Part shown: positions 12,561-24,954 of the stretch, one piece after another
Numbering within the stretch: the first letter of the stretch is position 1
How the letters are laid out: each line of letters begins with the position of its first letter
Assembly (NCBI GenBank): GCA_964036045.1
Contig: OZ038378.1
Coordinates: forward strand, 121,830,001 to 121,894,000
Reading direction: 5' to 3'
DNA length: 64,000 nt
From: Eutreptiella sp. 'Long Island Sound 2002'
Taxonomy: Eukaryota > Protista > Euglenida
Notes under the pieces: model-generated
The model's database searches: none
What the model saw: only the letters and a program-made list of their open reading frames with translations
What the model was told of the DNA's origin: nothing
Made by a program: the position numbers and the translations under genes

Positions 12561-13529
12561 CCCCACCCGCCGTGGCCGAGCCATGAGCATTGATACCGAA
12601 TGCATTGTTGTGCAAGCCCATTGTTGTTGGCTGTTCTGTGACGGCACATAAGGCCATTTCCAAAACCCTCAATTTTGACACGACACATGCATGGGAATGT
12701 GGCAGATTCACGTGCCTTCGGGATGTGCCGTTGCATGCCAAGAAAAGCTGTAGCCTATTTGTTTACAGAGAGTTCAAGGCTTGGAAAATCCATCTTGCAG
12801 TAATATTCAGCTTGTTGGTTACAAGTGATCACATTGGTTGCACTTTTTCGCACCCATCTTACATTGTTTCATTTCGTTTTGGATTTTCTATTTGATTGCA
12901 TCCCCCATGTAAGAGGGCAGGGAAATTGCCTAGAATCATGCACATCAAGTGTAGATGCATAGTGCCATAGATGTTCGATGTATCTCTTGAGGATGTTCAT
13001 ATGGTTCCAACTCGCAGCATTTTTGGCACTTTTTGCCAGGTTTTGTCAGTTTTGCTTCCATGTGTGGAGGTATTTAGATGGGTAGGTGTAGGGTTTGGGG
13101 CCTGCTAGATTCGGTACAATAGGCAGCTTAGGGACAAAAGTGGTGACGTGAGTCATTATTCACCCCTAAAAGAGACTGTGAATGATGAAAATGAGCAAAT
13201 GGAAGGGGAACGTTTCCGGTTTCCATGGTATGCAGGGGCCAAAGGGCAGGGATGGGCTATTTTTAGGAGTAAAGTGGCTATTTTAAGCACTCTGGGTAAG
13301 ATCCTATCAGCAGTGATGTCCTACCCCATTTTTTCATAATTTTGCCCTTGTACAGCGCTCCCACTGTCCAAACCTTCTCCGAATCATAATTTTTTTGAAC
13401 TTCCCACCCCGACAATCGGGGAAGTACCTCTATGCCCCCCCCCCCCCCAAGCGCACCCGGTAATGGGGGTATGGGGCAATGGTGCCTGAAGCCTGACAAA
13501 AAAACCAGGGGGGGGGGGGGAATTGAGGT

Positions 13530-13630
13530 CCGCAATTTTTCGCAATTTTCCGCAATTTCGCAATTTTCCGCAATTTTCTGCAATTTTTCGCAATTTTCCG
13601 CAATTTTCCGCAATTTTTCCGCAATTTTTC
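13530..13630. repeat. (CCGCAATTTT)n array; second array in the same orientation at ~14298-14378
   Basis: Directly visible 10-11-bp tandem units. Source of the spurious ENCGKLRKIA ORFs. Confidence 0.95.
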
Positions 13631-13734
13631 ACACTTTCCGATTTTATGACCGCCTCCCCACGCTGGTGCAGAACAATGAGAATTTTTTTTTTTTACTATT
13701 CCATACACTCTCAAATGTTGCAAAGTCACCAGAA

Positions 13735-13875
13735 CCTGGTATAGCTCAATTGGTAGTACCACTGCACTGTAGTTCCAGGGTAGTTCCAGGGTCCTGGGTT
13801 CAAACCCAGTTGGGCACAATATGGTTACCTTCGCTTTTTTGGTCTTTTTACCTTCGCTTTTTTGGTCTTTTTCAT
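13735..13875 (+). pseudogene. tRNA-Tyr(GTA)-like head with T-rich duplicated tail: SINE-like element or tRNA pseudogene
   Basis: Box A TAGCTCAATTGGTAG, CTGTAG anticodon loop, box B GGTTCAAACC, an internal 11-bp duplication (TAGTTCCAGGG x2), and tail (TTACCTTCGCTTTTTTGGTCTTT)x2. The T-arm pairs only with a 6-nt loop. Confidence 0.6.
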
Positions 13876-13929
13876 GCCTGCATGTTTGCATGTTTGCATG
13901 TGCATGCCCGATGTGCCAGAGATTGCAGA

Positions 13930-14194
13930 GCAATGGAGCCTATACATCCGTTGCAATGTTGTTGATATAAATGGGCCAACTGCTTTGCAGGAATGGTGGC
14001 AATCTCGTGCCCCTTCACCGTTCCAAGAGAGGGTGCTGTTCTTGATTACGCAGCCCACTTCTGGTGGTGATGTGGAACGCTTTTTCTCACAGTGTGGGAC
14101 AGTTTCAAAGCGGCAGCACAAATTGGATGACAACATCCGCCGCCTTCGGTTCATGCTGCAATTCCACGGTGATATTGAGGGGCGCCTCCTGTAA
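13930..14194 (+). mobile_element. hAT transposase C-terminal dimerisation-domain remnant
   Basis: LQEWWQSRAPSPFQERVLFLITQPTSGGDVERFFSQCG..SKRQHKL matches the hAT WW...P.S...ER.FS..G pattern and ends at a stop at 14194. Confidence 0.75.
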
Positions 14195-15621
14195 TTGTAC
14201 TGCCCATAGACCATTTGTTTCAGTGAAATTCTGAGAATTCTCAGCCACCTGTCCAGAGTTGTTGCACCTTGAGGGTTCAGGAGGGCCGCTTACGACATCG
14301 CAATTTTTCCGCAATTTTTCCGCAATTTTCCGCAATTTTCCGCAATTTTTCCGCAATTTTTCCGCAATTTTTCGCAATTGGATTCGACCCCCCCAGACCG
14401 CAATTCCCCCCCCCCCCCTGAAAAAACCCAAACCATCATCAACGGTAACAGCCAAACAATACGGTTCCGGACCCCCCCCCTCTACCCCAATCTCTGAAAA
14501 GCCCTTTTCAAGGGCTTTCCGAATATACCTCACATACCACTACCTACAGGACACTCAGTGGGCACAAACGAGGCAACAATAACAGCGACACTGAAAAGCG
14601 CTCTGAACTGGCATGTTTCTCGTGTCCCCAAGAGATATGCATCACACACAGTGCAACAAATGCTGCTTGCTGCATGCAAATGCATACATAGTGCCATGTT
14701 GCTTGATGCATGCATTCATCATATCTCTCGGCCTCATTCATAATGTGCCAACTTTGTGTGTTTTGCCACTTTTTTTTTACAAGTCTTGCTCTCATGTGCA
14801 AACATGTCACCATGTAGGTGGGGGGGGTTTGTGTATCTGTGTATCTTTTTTGAATTGTGTGAGAAAAGGCCGTTTCAGAAATATATTGGTTGGGGGGGAG
14901 TAGGTGCTCACATTTTTTAGCACTCGTCATTTGCGTTGCCTTTTTCAGGCAGGGCTGGGACCCCATTGGGACAAACATCGCACTGTTTGTGGACAGGGAC
15001 ATATTTCTTCAATTTCCCCCTATCCTGCAGCCTGTGTCCCTTCACCGGCACCCACCCTGTGTTAAGAGGCAATGGCCTCATCAGTGGACAGAATGTGATG
15101 CTCTTTGTGCGTGCATGCAGGTTGCTGGCGCTTGGCAGTACGAGGCTTTTTGGTTGCCAGCCACATTTCAAGTCACTCGCACCCAGTGTGCCCCCCCCCA
15201 GAGCAAGCTCTTTTGCACACCAAAAGCTTTTGTGGTGCAGCAGGGGAAGCAACAGCACGGGGTGTGAATTTATGTGAACACATGGTGTCTGCCTGTTGAC
15301 AAAAGGAGGCAGCAAGCAACACAGGCACCGTCCAAAACGGACGAAAACCTGAACCATATCATCAGTACAGCATGCAAACCTGGGGTGTTCTGAATGGCTA
15401 TTTTCAAGGGCTTTCTGAATATCACCAAAAACCCCAACCTCCGGGACACTCAGTGAACACAAATGAGGCAACAATGACACCGACCCCCGAAAACGCACAA
15501 AGTTGGCATGAATCCCGTTTACACTGAGAGAGATATATGTAGAGCCACACATGGAAACGCTGCATGATCTCTGCAGATACATGCACAGTGCCATCCATGT
15601 GAGACCCCTGCTGTGTCACAG

Positions 15622-15934
15622 GTTGGAAGCGCTCGAACTACAACGCATGGCAGACAGACAACGCCGTGCGCTTGCGGCGCAAGACCGAATTTATGGACTT
15701 GCGGTGTGGGACTCAGCAGCAGCTCTTCCTCCGGCTCCTGCCACAGGCCCATGTTGCAGCCCGAAGGCCCCCGAAGTGCGGCTCTGCCCTCATGCCCCCA
15801 GATATTGTGGTTGTGGTTGTGGATTCGGTTTCGAGGGCCAGCTTCATGCGGCTGTGTCCGTCCACAGCAGCGCTCCTACAGCGCTTGGCAGCGCAATCCC
15901 ACCCTGCTGCAGGAGGGCCTGCTACTGTGTACAG
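15622..15934 (+). CDS. DUF229-like protein (alkaline phosphatase/sulfatase superfamily), internal exon A
   Basis: Acceptor CACAG|, donor AG|GTCTGA. Encodes PDIVVVVVDSVSRASFMRLCPSTAALL, resembling the DUF229 DSxSR..F.R..P.T motif. The phase-2 end joins exon B to give TVY-R-SFV. Confidence 0.85.
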
Positions 15935-17029
15935 GTCTGAAATGATTGCATGGCCGTTTGATGCATGGCCCTCCATGTGTAGGCATGGCATCGGGCAAAG
16001 GGGCCGCACCTTGTTGGCGATTGAAGAGTTTCTGGAAGCGCCAGGGAGAAAAAATGGGTGTGCCAGGTGGCTTATACCCCATTGTCCAAGCGGTGGAGCG
16101 GGAGTTGGGAACTGCGTGGTATTGACGGTGCAGAGAAGTACGGAGGACAAAGAAGTCAAAGAAGCAGCAGGAGGGATTGGCGCATGACCGTTGAAACAAA
16201 AGAACTGAGATGGTGAATGTGTTGGTCATACAGAGCACATGCATGCAGTCTATCGGGGGAGCAGGTGAGCGGTTTGGCAGCAAGTCTTCCCCCCCCCCCC
16301 CCCGCCCCCCTCATCCCAAGGTTCCAGTCCCTGCACCCCTGGCTAGGGTCAGGGCTTTGGGTTCAGGGCTTTATCGCCTGGGTCACTCTCCCGCTTGTGT
16401 CCGGGGTTCGGGTCGTGGCGTGCATTCGGTGTTCCATGTTTGGGTTGACTGCCCTTTGGGCTTGCTTGCTGGCGCTGGACTCACTTTGCCACACTCCCTT
16501 CACTCAGTGGTCACCAGGGCATGGAGGGCTCAAGGTTCGAGTGGTTAAAGGTCAGCCGGTTTGGTTGCTGCCACCAACCATGGCGAGTTACTCGGTCCTT
16601 AGGATTAAAAAACCCCACTGGGTACAGGCTGTTTGAAGTTAGTTGCAGAACATACAACATTCAATGGGGGGGCGGGGGGTATTGCGCCCTGTGGTAGGGG
16701 GGATGGGGATTGCATGCCATGAGCCCGGTGTACTGCAGGACTCAGTGGCGCTATCAGCGTCCGACGCCACATCATGCTCTGGCGTCACACACCTGGAGTT
16801 CTCGGTGCTGCATCGGTTTTTTGACGCTGTATCTGATGACGCTGGGCTGTCCAGCGCCTCATCCATACCGAAGGCGGGGGGAATCCATGGCCACAAGGTT
16901 TAGTGAACCCAGTAGGTTCCTTGACTCACCCAGTGTCATTGGAGTGGGGGATGCTGGGGTTCGGAACGTGGTGCGTGCTGGTCCCAAAACCCTGGGGGTG
17001 CCTTCTCCTCTTGCGTGTACTGTGGGACA

Positions 17030-17760
17030 ATGCAGCAGGCCATTGGCCACAAGCCCGCACTGAGCACTGAATACGCAAGGAAGACCGCGGGGCAGGCGCG
17101 GCTGGAGCAAAAGTGGTAGTTCCACACCTGACCAATTGCGGCCCCCTTAATCCACCCTATCACCTCATGAAGCGAACCTTTTAGTAACTCAGGGGACACA
17201 TGGCCGAGTGGTGCCTGCCAGCGTCCCCAAGTGCCCCCCGAGCCCTGAGCATAGTGCCATGTGGCGGTATGTACGTCGCAACCCACATCTCAGTCCTGGA
17301 CAGGGACACAAAGCAACATGCCTATGCCCGACTGACTGGAGCGATCGGCAGAGTATGGTGACAGCAGAACGACCAAGACAATCCCCGAACCTCAGCCAGG
17401 GCCAGAGAGGACAGGGCTGGCGCACCACGAAACATGAGAACGGCGCAGGATGAGAACAATAGGAAATGTTCTTACCCCAGCCAATAAATGTAACGACCAG
17501 AACATGCAGTAGAACTGTTCAGACTGAGAAAGCTATCAAGGCCCCGTGAGTGCGGCGAGGCTGGAGCTCAGTGTCGGGTCCACACCTGACGTTGTGAGGC
17601 CTCGCGTCAACCCACCAACACCGACACCGAAATGCGTGTTCACATGTGGCCTGAAAGGGGTGTGCAGCGGAAGCTGCACATGTGTGGGCCCACACGCCTC
17701 TCAACTCGCCTTGGAGCTGAGGCCACAAAGTTCGGTGAAGAACACAGAATAGAGATTAGG
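17030..17760 (-). mobile_element. Decayed L1-like 3' fragment (zf-RVT plus RNase H) in the DUF229 intron
   Basis: The minus strand gives LWPQLQGELRGVW...CEHAFRC (cf. LWHKL...H..C at 3190) followed by RNase H-like W..PLGHVSPELL...QVWNYH. Heavily mutated. Confidence 0.45.
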
Positions 17761-18498
17761 ATGGTACAAATTCACAAACACTGGCACTAGTTGCTATCAT
17801 CCTTGAATCTGCTGTCATCCAGATAAGCTATCTTCCGAATTTGTGACTGAAATTTCACACAAGTCAGCAATGGTATTATTGATTAAATCTACGAAAAATT
17901 TCTTGCAGTACATGTGATTTTTTTCTATAAATTCATTTAAGCACTGGTGCGCGCACCCGTAAAATGCTTGAAATCCCACAACACCAACACCACTGATGTC
18001 AATGAGCTCCCTCTGTCCACGGTACAATTTATGTGCAGCCCTGTGGTGCCTTAAGCAGACACTGTCACAATATACTGCTGAATGTGTTGAGAGTAAGACG
18101 TTGTTTCTATGGCCAAGGTACAGCAGTATTCTTAGGGACCTAACTTTGATTCGGTGCCAAACGCAGCAATGCACTGAGAAGCCAAGGTTTAGGGTTTGAA
18201 CTGCACAGAGCACAGGCAGACAGCAAATTGCAAATTGCCATTTGCATTTTTAAAGATGTTTGGTGTGCCAAGGGAACCCACCAAAAGACCGCACACACCC
18301 CAAAAGCAGTCCCATTATCACAGGCTTGAGGATGGGCTACGGGTATGTCTCCTGCGCCGTCACGCGTGCAAGAGACTTTTGTTCAAGATACAGCAGATGT
18401 TCCGACCTTATCACTTTGGGCTAGGCCTCTCCTCACCAAGGCGGGGGGGGGGGGTGGAGCAATGTGTGGGGCATCCAATACATCCGTGCCCTTTACAG

Positions 18499-18810
18499 GA
18501 GCTTCGTCATGCAGCGCACCATAGCCCAAGGGGCAAGCACCGCCTGGAATATGTACCCCTTTTTTGCTGGTCACCCCTTCACTTTGGCCCAAGACCGCGC
18601 ACGTCTCAAGACCATGAGCATCGGTGAATTGCCACCGGGAGGGCAGTGGTTCTGGGACACGGCCCGGGCTCAGGGGTACGCAACGATGTATGTGTCGCTA
18701 TACGCGGGTCTGTTCGGGTGCCGCTTTTGGAACAACACCTTCGATCATCTGATGCCTGGCAAAGTGCAGTACTCACAATTGCGGGAGTTGGCGTTGCGCT
18801 TGAAGACCGG
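18499..18810 (+). CDS. DUF229-like protein, exon B (3' end at 18810, or at 18763 under the alternative donor)
   Basis: Acceptor CCCTTTACAG|. Encodes GASTAWNMYPFFAG...WFWDTARAQGYATMY...FDHLMP, resembling DUF229 NT..N..P..G / W..f...GY.T / DH motifs. Candidate donors are GTGCAG at 18764 (phase 0) and GTCTGT at 18811 (phase 2). Confidence 0.85.
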
Positions 18811-20199
18811 GTCTGTGACTCAACTCCGTTGTGCCCTGTGACATGGACCCCTGGCAGTGGTCTGGAGGACAGCGCCCCAATCATGAGTGCAAGCCCCCCC
18901 GACCAGCCTTTTTAAACAAACACTTCATTTACATCCACATGTCTGACCTGCCGCACTTGTTGTATCCCCCGCATAGTGCTTTTGTGTAAGACCATGGTCG
19001 GCCATTCCACCCTCCCCTTGCTTCCACCACCTGTCCAAGACTCCCTGGTATGCCCCTCATACAGCGCTTTCTGCCACGCTGCTTTCTCCCACGCTCACTG
19101 CATGCCTCAACCCAACATTCCCCCTCAGCTGCACCTCACGCTCCTCTCACCACATGCCCGTTTCATGCAAGCCCTGTGCCCACTCAACCTCTGCCGCTCA
19201 GCAGCACTGCATGCAACGAGCTACCTGTGTGCAGCAATGCTCAACCATTGCACAAGAATGCTCCACCCTTAGACAGCGGTGCTCGGCAGCTGGGCACCTA
19301 GGCCCGCCAATGCACACTAATGCTCAACCACCACTCGGCATAGCTCTGTGTGGCAATGCTGAACCATTGCTCTGTAGCACACTGCCATACTGCATCTATA
19401 TTCTGGCTCACCACTGCAAGGCACCACTATTGTGCAGCCACGCTCTGCTGTTCTGCAATGTCCTGCCCATTGTGTAGCCATGCTGTGCATTTCTACCACA
19501 CTGCAACCAGTGTGTGCAGCCCATATCCCATGCCCATAGCTGTGCCCGTCTGTCTGCTTTCCTGCCTGCCTGTCAGCTCCTTTGTCTATCTTCCGCACTG
19601 TGCAGCATACAAGCTGGGACTGGGGAATACAGAGGTACACCCCACATGAGAGACAAAATGCTTCGGCTCCATTGCCAGAAACGGGGTAAAACAGCAACTT
19701 ACACCTGAGCCACCCCCTGCCCGCTTTGAGCCTCAAAGCAACAGTGCCAGGGAGCACCACAATGGTCAGGATAAATGCATGGGTGGTCTCCGGACTGCAT
19801 CAGGTGTCTTGGGCTTGCAATGTGCACCTGCTTCTAAATAGTGCTGAGGGGATGATAACCAGATGGGAACCAGTACTGCTGGCCCCTTTTGCAACCACCT
19901 TTTGTGCAGCCATGCTTTGCGTGACCTGTGGCTGATGTACGTCTGACATGATGCATTGCACAGAAGTGTACGCATGCTGGTTTTATTGTTGTTGTTTTTT
20001 CAAACCAATGCTACTCTATCCCCATGAATTGGTGTGCTTTTGCTTCCTTGCGGAGGAGTGCAATAGCCACATGCATGTGTGCCATGCAAGACCAACGTCT
20101 CCATAATAGCAAACAAACTCACTTACTATTTCGACTGAAACATGGTACTGGCAATTTCTGTGGTTCCAAAAATTGTAGAAACAGGTCAGCCTATTTAGG

Positions 20200-21110
20200 T
20201 CCTGCGCGCTGTGCGTACAGGGGTCAGCGCAGAAGCAGGACGTGGCAGAGCCACCGTGCCGCCCCCCAAGCCCCACCCTTAGTGTACGTGGCGCGAGAGA
20301 AGGACCCACGCCAAGGGCTTCGGTGTCTTCGCTGTGGGCTCTTCCGTGCCCCTTACCCAGGGTTTCTGATCCTCTCAGAGGCGCGGACGCTCTCCCCTGC
20401 CTCTCATCCCTTGGCGACATCACGGTAGCCGCTGTGGTCAAGCCCAGAGCGAAAAGGCCGCGTGCTGCAGCTGGGCGATGACTTCCTTGGGCTGGCGCTC
20501 TGCATGTTGTGTTGGCCCCCGTGGCCCCCCGACCCCGCTTGGGCTTGTTGGGGGTGGAGAGCCCTGGCTCACCGGCTGGCACCGGCCGCTCGCCCGTGGC
20601 CGTGGGACGGCGGCTGGCCGAGGGCTGGCTGCCCCCCCCCCCCCCCCTGCGGCGCCGCCGGCGGGCTGCCCCCCTTGCTGCCCCCCCCCCCCCCCCCCCT
20701 AGGGTCAGGGCTCCACTTTTGGTGGCGGCGGCGACGCCGTTGTGGTTGTCCCATCCTCTGCCGGTACCCGACCGGCGGCGGTGGGGTGGGAGGTGGGAGT
20801 TGCTACCATGCCCTCCTGGAGTTGGGGGAGAAAGGCGGGAGGGGGAGCGGAGGCGCCGCCACTGGGAGTGGGGTGTCATGTGGGGGGGGAGGGGGGCAGG
20901 ATCCTCTGGCTTTGATCGCCCGTCTACGTCCGCGGCTGTGGCGATTCTGCTAGCGTTGGGCTCTTACCGCGGGGCCTGCTCCGATGCTTGCTTCCTCCCC
21001 CCGCCCGGCCTTGACCGGTTGTCGCACTCCTAGGCTGTCAGTGATCGTGATGGTGTCAGCAGCGTGTCGTGGTCGCCCTGCTCTCGGCCGCTGTAGCTAG
21101 CCATGCATGT
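20200..21110 (-). mobile_element. Probable 5'/ORF1 fragment of a LINE (GC-rich, Pro/Ala/Arg-rich)
   Basis: Composition and layout resemble the 5' end of the minus-strand LINE at 37900-38880. No catalytic motif seen. Confidence 0.3.
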
Positions 21111-21312
21111 CTCTAGCGGCGGAGACCCACTCCGCCTGCGACAGCCTCCGCATGCCCGATCGCGTGACGTAGGACCCGTTGGTGCTCTTGCTGCCCTACG
21201 GTGGCCTATTTGCCCGCACCGGCGGCAATTGGCGACTCATTGTCATGTCGGGTTTTCACTTCCGGTGAGGGAGGTCAATAGAGCCCCCAAAAACTGGGGG
21301 GGGGGGTTTGGG

Positions 21313-21574
21313 AAAAGGGCTCAATTGACAGGCATCATTAATCAGTCATTATGAAGTTTGGCGCCAAACGCGGCAAAAAATTTTCTTGATCATTGACATT
21401 GGTCGATTTTTTTTGAGCAAAGATATGGCAAATGATGACTTTTCGGAGCCCACTCGACGCGCTGATTCCAAAAATCCCATTTTCTTTTTTTCCCGATTTT
21501 TGGGTCTGGGTCACCTCCGAGGCCCGGGGGTCAGTCTCGGTAGGATTTGGGGGTCCTGTCAATTGAGCCCTTTT
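21313..21574. mobile_element. MITE with perfect 20-bp terminal inverted repeats
   Basis: AAAAGGGCTCAATTGACAGG (21313-21332) is the exact reverse complement of CCTGTCAATTGAGCCCTTTT (21555-21574). The interior is AT-rich and non-coding. The TSD is ambiguous because of A/T runs. Confidence 0.75.
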
Positions 21575-22199
21575 TTTAGGGGGGGGAGTCCGGCAGGAGG
21601 GCTCGACCGTTTGGCTCTCGCTGGACTGTTGTTTTCCTTGGAGGGATTGTGGGACCTTTGCTGTTTGGTGACAGGTTTTTATAATCTATGAGTTTTGTGG
21701 CAAATCGCATGGCCCTCGGGATACAGCCGAGGCTCAAGTCCCGGCACGTCGCCTGCGACCCCACCGCCGTGAGGGGCGCTGGGCGAATCGAGCAGGCCCG
21801 ATTTCGGGGCCTCTACGTCACCAACACGGCAGCGGCCTGACTGGAGCGACGAGCCGTGGCAGAAGGCCGAGAAAGAACGAAGGAAGTCGAGACTGCCGAG
21901 GTTTTGCATAGAGGCGGTGGTGGTGGTTGAGAGGAAACCGTCACCGGGGGCAAGGGCAACAAGGTCCAGGGCGAGCTGCGCGGGACCAAGGTGGCCGAGG
22001 GGGATACAGAGGGGAACGAGAGCATGGTAGGGGCCGGCTAACTTGGCACCCAAGGCGGGGAGGGGGACCGAAGGGCATGGGCCAGGCGCGGAAGCCACCC
22101 TAACGGCGCCCAGAATAAGCACACCGGTGGGCATACCCCCGTAGCCGAGGGGGACGGATGTGCCAGGCCCTACCTCAAGGCGCCTCTGAGCCGCTGTGG

Positions 22200-24486
22200 G
22201 GGTTCGGGTTGGGTGAGCCAGGTGTGGGTGCAGGGGCCGGAGGGTTGGTGCCAGCGGCAAGTGGGTGGGATTGAGGACTTTCACCGCGCGGTGGAGGAAG
22301 CTTGGAGGGTGCCTATGGGAGCTCGGTGGCTGGTTCGAGGGAGAAGAGTGCTATGTCAAGCGAAGGAGGAGTTTTACACAGGGGACCACCTTCAGGTCCG
22401 CTCCCGCAGCGGGGGGGGGATGAGGCGGGACAGGCTTGGGCATTTGGGGGGGACGCAGGGTGGGGAGGGTGGGACGGGATAGACGTTGGAGAAGATGGTG
22501 GAGATGATGAGGCTGCAGGGCGAGCAGCTGCAGCTGCTGGCCGCCGGTACAAAGGCGGAAGTAGGCGGAGGAGTTGAAGAGCGGCGAGGGGAAGGAGAAG
22601 CATCAGGAGGAGAAGGAGGAACCCATTCCGCCGCTCTCGGTGGCCAACGTGGTGAAGATGGAAGGCGCCCAGCATCTGCCTCGGTGGATGTCGGGGCAAT
22701 GCAAACTCTTGAAGGAGTTGTTGGGGGGCCTAGGGGAGGAATCGGTGGCTGAAGACATGGAAGTGGTAGAAGGGGGGGATGGGGGTGGGGCCGTGGATTC
22801 CGACATTGACCCGACGGATCCGGAAGACGGACGGACCCCCTGGGATAAGTTTGCGTGGGGCATCTCGGTGGGTATGGTCCGGAACCAACGTAAGTATGGA
22901 GCCAAATGGGGCGGTTCCAAGAAGGGTGCAAGTGGGCAACAGATAGAGTCCAAGGGCGGAGGTGAGGGGGGGGGGGGTTGCTATTACGCAACCGGGATTT
23001 TACAGGGGGGTGGAAGTGGCATTGCACCAGGGGGAGCTGTGCTTTAAGACCTCGGGAAGCAACCCTAAATGGGTCCCGCTTTTGGGCAAACCAAGCCAGC
23101 CATGCCAGCGGTGCACCCAAAAGAGGGTGAGCCGGGAGCAAGCCCTCCACTGGAGGATGTACCGTCCCCATTGGACAGGGTGAAATCGCTGCTGAGGATC
23201 CCGTGGACGGGTAGAACGAGGGCGCGCATGGGGGGGGGGGGGGCTCAGACAGCGAAGAGACATGGTGGGCACAGGGATACCGTTTCGCGTGGGGACGCCT
23301 ATGGGATGCGCGGGCGGAAGAGCCGGGGGATAGCCCGGAAGCGCTGGCAAATCATTCCGTTGCTGACTACACCTCCAGGCGTTGGGGGGTGACTTTGTGG
23401 AAGTTATGGAAGTTCGCCATGGGGAGCCCGGGGAGGGGGAAGGGGGAAGTCCTTTCTGGATATTTGTTGTAGCAGTCTAGAGATGGAGCCTCGTCGTCCA
23501 CGATGCAGGGGACGATCGTGGCCGTGCGGATTGCAGAGGACATGGGGTGGATCCCCGCAACCGTTGCCCCGATTCACAGGCGACATGCCAAGAGTGGAGG
23601 GCGTCTTGAGTCCCAATTTTACCTCTTTCCCCGGGTGTTGCGAGAAGCGGCAAGAAGAGGGTAGGGGGAACCGGGTGGGAGACCTTTGGTGGCTCTTATG
23701 TGCTTGTCCTAGTTTGCTTTCCTCCGGGTTGGTGAAGCCGCATCCATACGGGTGGCGGATATTCGGGGGGAGAAAGCACTTGGATTTCGGGCTACCAAGA
23801 GGGGGATCATTTGTCGGAGATGGCGCAGTTGGCGGGAGTGGTCGAAGGCGTGGGGGGCCTGCGCGATTACACCAAGGGTTGGGAGGGCGAAGAGAGGGTG
23901 GTTCCTGGGGGACCGCCGGTGTATGAGACTGCTTTAGCGGGGTTCCTTCAAGGAACAGAGTGGGAGGATGGGAGGTGGCATGGTCACCGCATTGGGTAGG
24001 GGGGGGGGGGCGCAATATTTCCTCTAAAATCGACACCTTCTTGGATTTGGAGGAAGTCCCCAGGTGGGCCAAAGACTCAAATGCTTCCTCGGTCATGTCC
24101 CCCAAGAGCCCTAGAAAACGAGTAACGATCTCCCCCGTCCCTGCATTCTCCGCCGCTGCGAAAACCCTTTCCGCAAGGACATTGCATCTACCCAGGAGCC
24201 ACAGAAGGTCGACCCTGACCGTTGGAGCCAGCCACAACGCCACCCACGCCAACCCCGCCGGGCACTGAACCAGTGCCGGCCACCCTAGGTCGCTTCGGGC
24301 CTCCCCCTCCACCCAGAAGCCCTGCCCTTGATGCACGTCGGATGCGACCAACAACGCCCCCTCCGGCGCGTCCCACGGGGGGGACGTCTCCTCGGTCCCG
24401 GTACGCGACTGCCCCCCCCCCCCCCCTTTGGGCCCTCCGGGCCCACTTAGTTCCCAAGGGTCAATGGCTACTGGCCATACATAGGG
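22200..24486 (+). mobile_element. Decayed tyrosine-recombinase (DIRS/Ngaro/VIPER-type) retroelement: gag-like region, YR, terminal repeat B
   Basis: YR-like EAASIRVADIRGEKALGFRATK (~23735-23800) and WHGHRIG.GGAQYFL (~23975-24025), equivalent to R.gE / H..R.GGA. Gag-like N-terminus from ~22213. Repeat B at 24373-24486. Confidence 0.65.
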
Positions 24487-24954
24487 TGGCGCCGAAGGCA
24501 CCCAAAAATTTTGTCCCCTTTGCTAGGGACCCCCGAGAATGCAGGGGTGACGTAGCATTTCCGCCCTCTTTTGGGCCCCAACCTTCCGGTGCTATTGAGG
24601 AAACCGGGACAATCTTTGAATGCACGCTCTGTTGCGTGGTGCATCATGGTGACCCGTAGCGGAGGTTTTGAGTTCTGGTTTTGTCCCCCTTTGTTAGGGA
24701 CCCCCGAGAATGCAGGGGTGAAGTAGCCCCTTTTTCCAGGGTGAGCGCCAGAGTTCGCAAGACGAGGCGCTATACAAATGTCGTTTGTTGCAAGGTGCTT
24801 TCAACGCGGATTGGCAAGACGGGGCGCTATACAAATGGTTTGTTGCCACCTGAAGATCCTGCATTCGGAGCAAAACCCCGGCCCGAGTGTAGCGCCAATT
24901 TCTTTCTGGGGCGAACACATTCGTTCAATCTTTCTTTCTCCTTCCCACGCTTTG

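Noticed and set aside
13735-13816. Functional tRNA-Tyr gene
   Set aside because: Internal 11-bp duplication, imperfect T-arm and weak acceptor pairing. Kept only as a pseudogene or SINE head, as are the 4699 and 47350 sequences.
13278-14582. 'ENCGKLRKIA' and 'RNFPQF' repeat proteins
   Set aside because: They are readings of (CCGCAATTTT)n microsatellites.
17815-18213. 132-aa AT-rich minus-strand ORF as a transposase or host exon
   Set aside because: No recognisable motif, so it could not be supported.
18950-19700. Cys/His-rich ORFs
   Set aside because: They arise from degenerate TGCA/CACTGC low-complexity sequence, with no fixed metal-ligand spacing.
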